The notes below the pieces were generated by a model. The model was not told where the DNA came from. It saw nothing but the letters and a program-made list of their open reading frames with translations, and did no database searches. Positions 62,241 through 64,000 of a DNA stretch of 64,000 nt are shown here, piece after piece (positions within the stretch are counted from its first letter, which is position 1; the number at the start of each line of letters is the position of its first letter). The position numbers were made by a program, and so were the translations under genes. Source of the stretch: Octopus sinensis (taxonomy: Eukaryota); the NCBI RefSeq assembly GCF_006345805.1, contig NC_042998.1, positions 26,474,001 through 26,538,000 of the forward strand. The letters run 5' to 3'.

Positions 62241-62432
62241 TCTGTGCTTCTCTCATAAATTAGTCATTCATCTCAATAATTCATTATTTTGTATTAAGCT
62301 GCCAGTAATGGTTAATTGGCCGGCCTAGAGATTTTATTTCCCAGATGTGATAGATGAGATAAATAAAAAAAATTCTAGATGGAATTAAAAATGAATTATT
62401 GAAGGTGATGGCTTTGTCTTGTAGACCAAGAT

Positions 62433-62660
62433 TTAAACCCTTCTGATGCCAACCTGCTTGAGACTTACCTCTGCTTCAATCATACAAGCTTCCTGTTCAA
62501 AGTAATCTAAATAGTAACGTTCCTTCAAAATTCCATTTAATTTATGTTCCAAGCACAAACTTAATAATGACAGTTATTTTATTAATTTATTCAGTATTTT
62601 TAAAATTAATTGAAACAAAGTCGGTATATTTCAAGAGAAATGCTGTAACAAAAGTGTTAA
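62433..62660 (+). mobile_element. Diverged piggyBac-type MITE
   Basis: TTAAACCCTTCTGATGCCAACC..GTAACAAAAGTGTTAA, similar to the 24-25 kb unit. Confidence 0.6.
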
Positions 62661-63054
62661 ATCATACTTCTTAAAATTCTCATCAACATTAACCATGACA
62701 TACAATCTATGTATAAATATTTATATTCTCAAATATATAATTATTGTTCTTGAGGAAAATTCAAATCAATTTTTTTTTTATTTGCTTCAAAGCTGTTCAA
62801 TTCAATATTTAAATGAATTGTTATACATACATATACATATATATAGATATACACACACACATATATATGCGCAAAGATAATTTTCCTTATATGGTAACAA
62901 CACTGATATTATGGAAACATGGAGTTAAATCATGAATATGTGATACTTTAATGTAAATTTGTATATAAAGAAAAGATACACAAAATAATTGATTATATTT
63001 CTTGAAAAATTCCCTGAATGTCTTAAGCAAAATAAGAATAGGTTGTAATACAGC

Positions 63055-63980
63055 AGCAATGCTGTGTCATTTTCTTTTACCTTTAATCTTTTATCACTCA
63101 TTAGACTGCGGCCATGTTGGGGCATCTTCTTCAAGAATTCTTTTATTGAATGAGTCAACCCAGTACTTAATGTTTTAAAACCTTGTACTTGTTCAATTGG
63201 TCTCTTTTGGCGAACTGCTAAGCAGATACAATCACACAAAACATATATATATGTATATATATACACACACACAAACACATGTCAGGCTTCTTTTCAGTTT
63301 CCAACTACAAATTCTTTCACGAAACTTTTGTCAGTCTGTAGACACTTGCCCCAGGTGCCATGCAATGGGACTGAACCCAGAACCATGTGGCTGAAGAGCA
63401 AGCTTCTTACCATACAGACACACATGCACCTATTCTTTTTCACTCTTTTATTTGTTTCAGTCATTTGATTGCGGCCATGCTGGAGTACCACCTTTAGTCG
63501 AACAAATCGATCTCAGTACTTTGTAAACCCAGTACTTATTCTATTGGTCTGTTTTGTTGAACCCCTAAGTTATGGTGATGTAAACACATCAACATTGGTT
63601 GAGATATATATGTATATATATATATATATATAAAGGGCTTCTTTCAGTTTCTTATTTCTTTACTGCCCACAAGGGGCTACACACAGAAGGGACAAACAAG
63701 GACAGACAAATGGATTAAGTCGATTATATCAACCCCAGTGCATAACTGGTACTTATTTAATCGACCCCGAAAGGATGAAAGCAAAGTTGACCTTTGCGGA
63801 AGTTGAACTCAGAACATAGCGGCAGACAAAATACTGCTAAGCATTTCGCCCGGTGTGGTGACGTTTCTGCCAGCTTCTTTCAAGCAAAAAAGACACTTGC
63901 CCAAGGAGCCATGCAGTGGGACTGGATCCAGAAGCATGTGGTTGGTAAGCAAGCTACTTACCACACAGCCACTCTTGCAC
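63055..63980 (-). mobile_element. Nested SINE family A copies with a SINE family B insertion (about 63655-63878)
   Basis: Consensus blocks; GCTTCTTTCA duplicated around the B copy. Confidence 0.85.
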
Positions 63981-64000
63981 ATATGGTAATATATAAAAAA

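Overview
AT-rich, repeat-dense eukaryotic DNA, intronic or intergenic. The SINE and microsatellite landscape looks like an Octopus-type cephalopod (from recall, not a database search). I could not support any host protein-coding exon, and most ORF-track entries are microsatellite or SINE artefacts. Contents: at least four tRNA-headed SINE families; many RTE-LINE 3' fragments, one with a complete PHD finger inside the RT region; decayed Dong/R4, HERO and Tx1-like non-LTR fragments; a decayed Helitron RepHel with an adjacent non-autonomous Helitron patchwork; hAT MITEs; and piggyBac-type MITEs, including tandem arrays with a conserved linker. The best lead is three distinct families of minimal type I hammerhead ribozyme motifs with palindromic, dimer-type stem III. 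One family is carried by a tRNA-headed element with a palindromic head (17.3 and 31.3 kb, fragments at 27.0 and 27.7 kb), one has an intact core (48631-48701) and one is an inverted pair (61461-61608). Other leads: GGTA-specific targeting by one SINE family and a 100-bp target duplication. All coordinates were read by hand; SINE boundaries are approximate.
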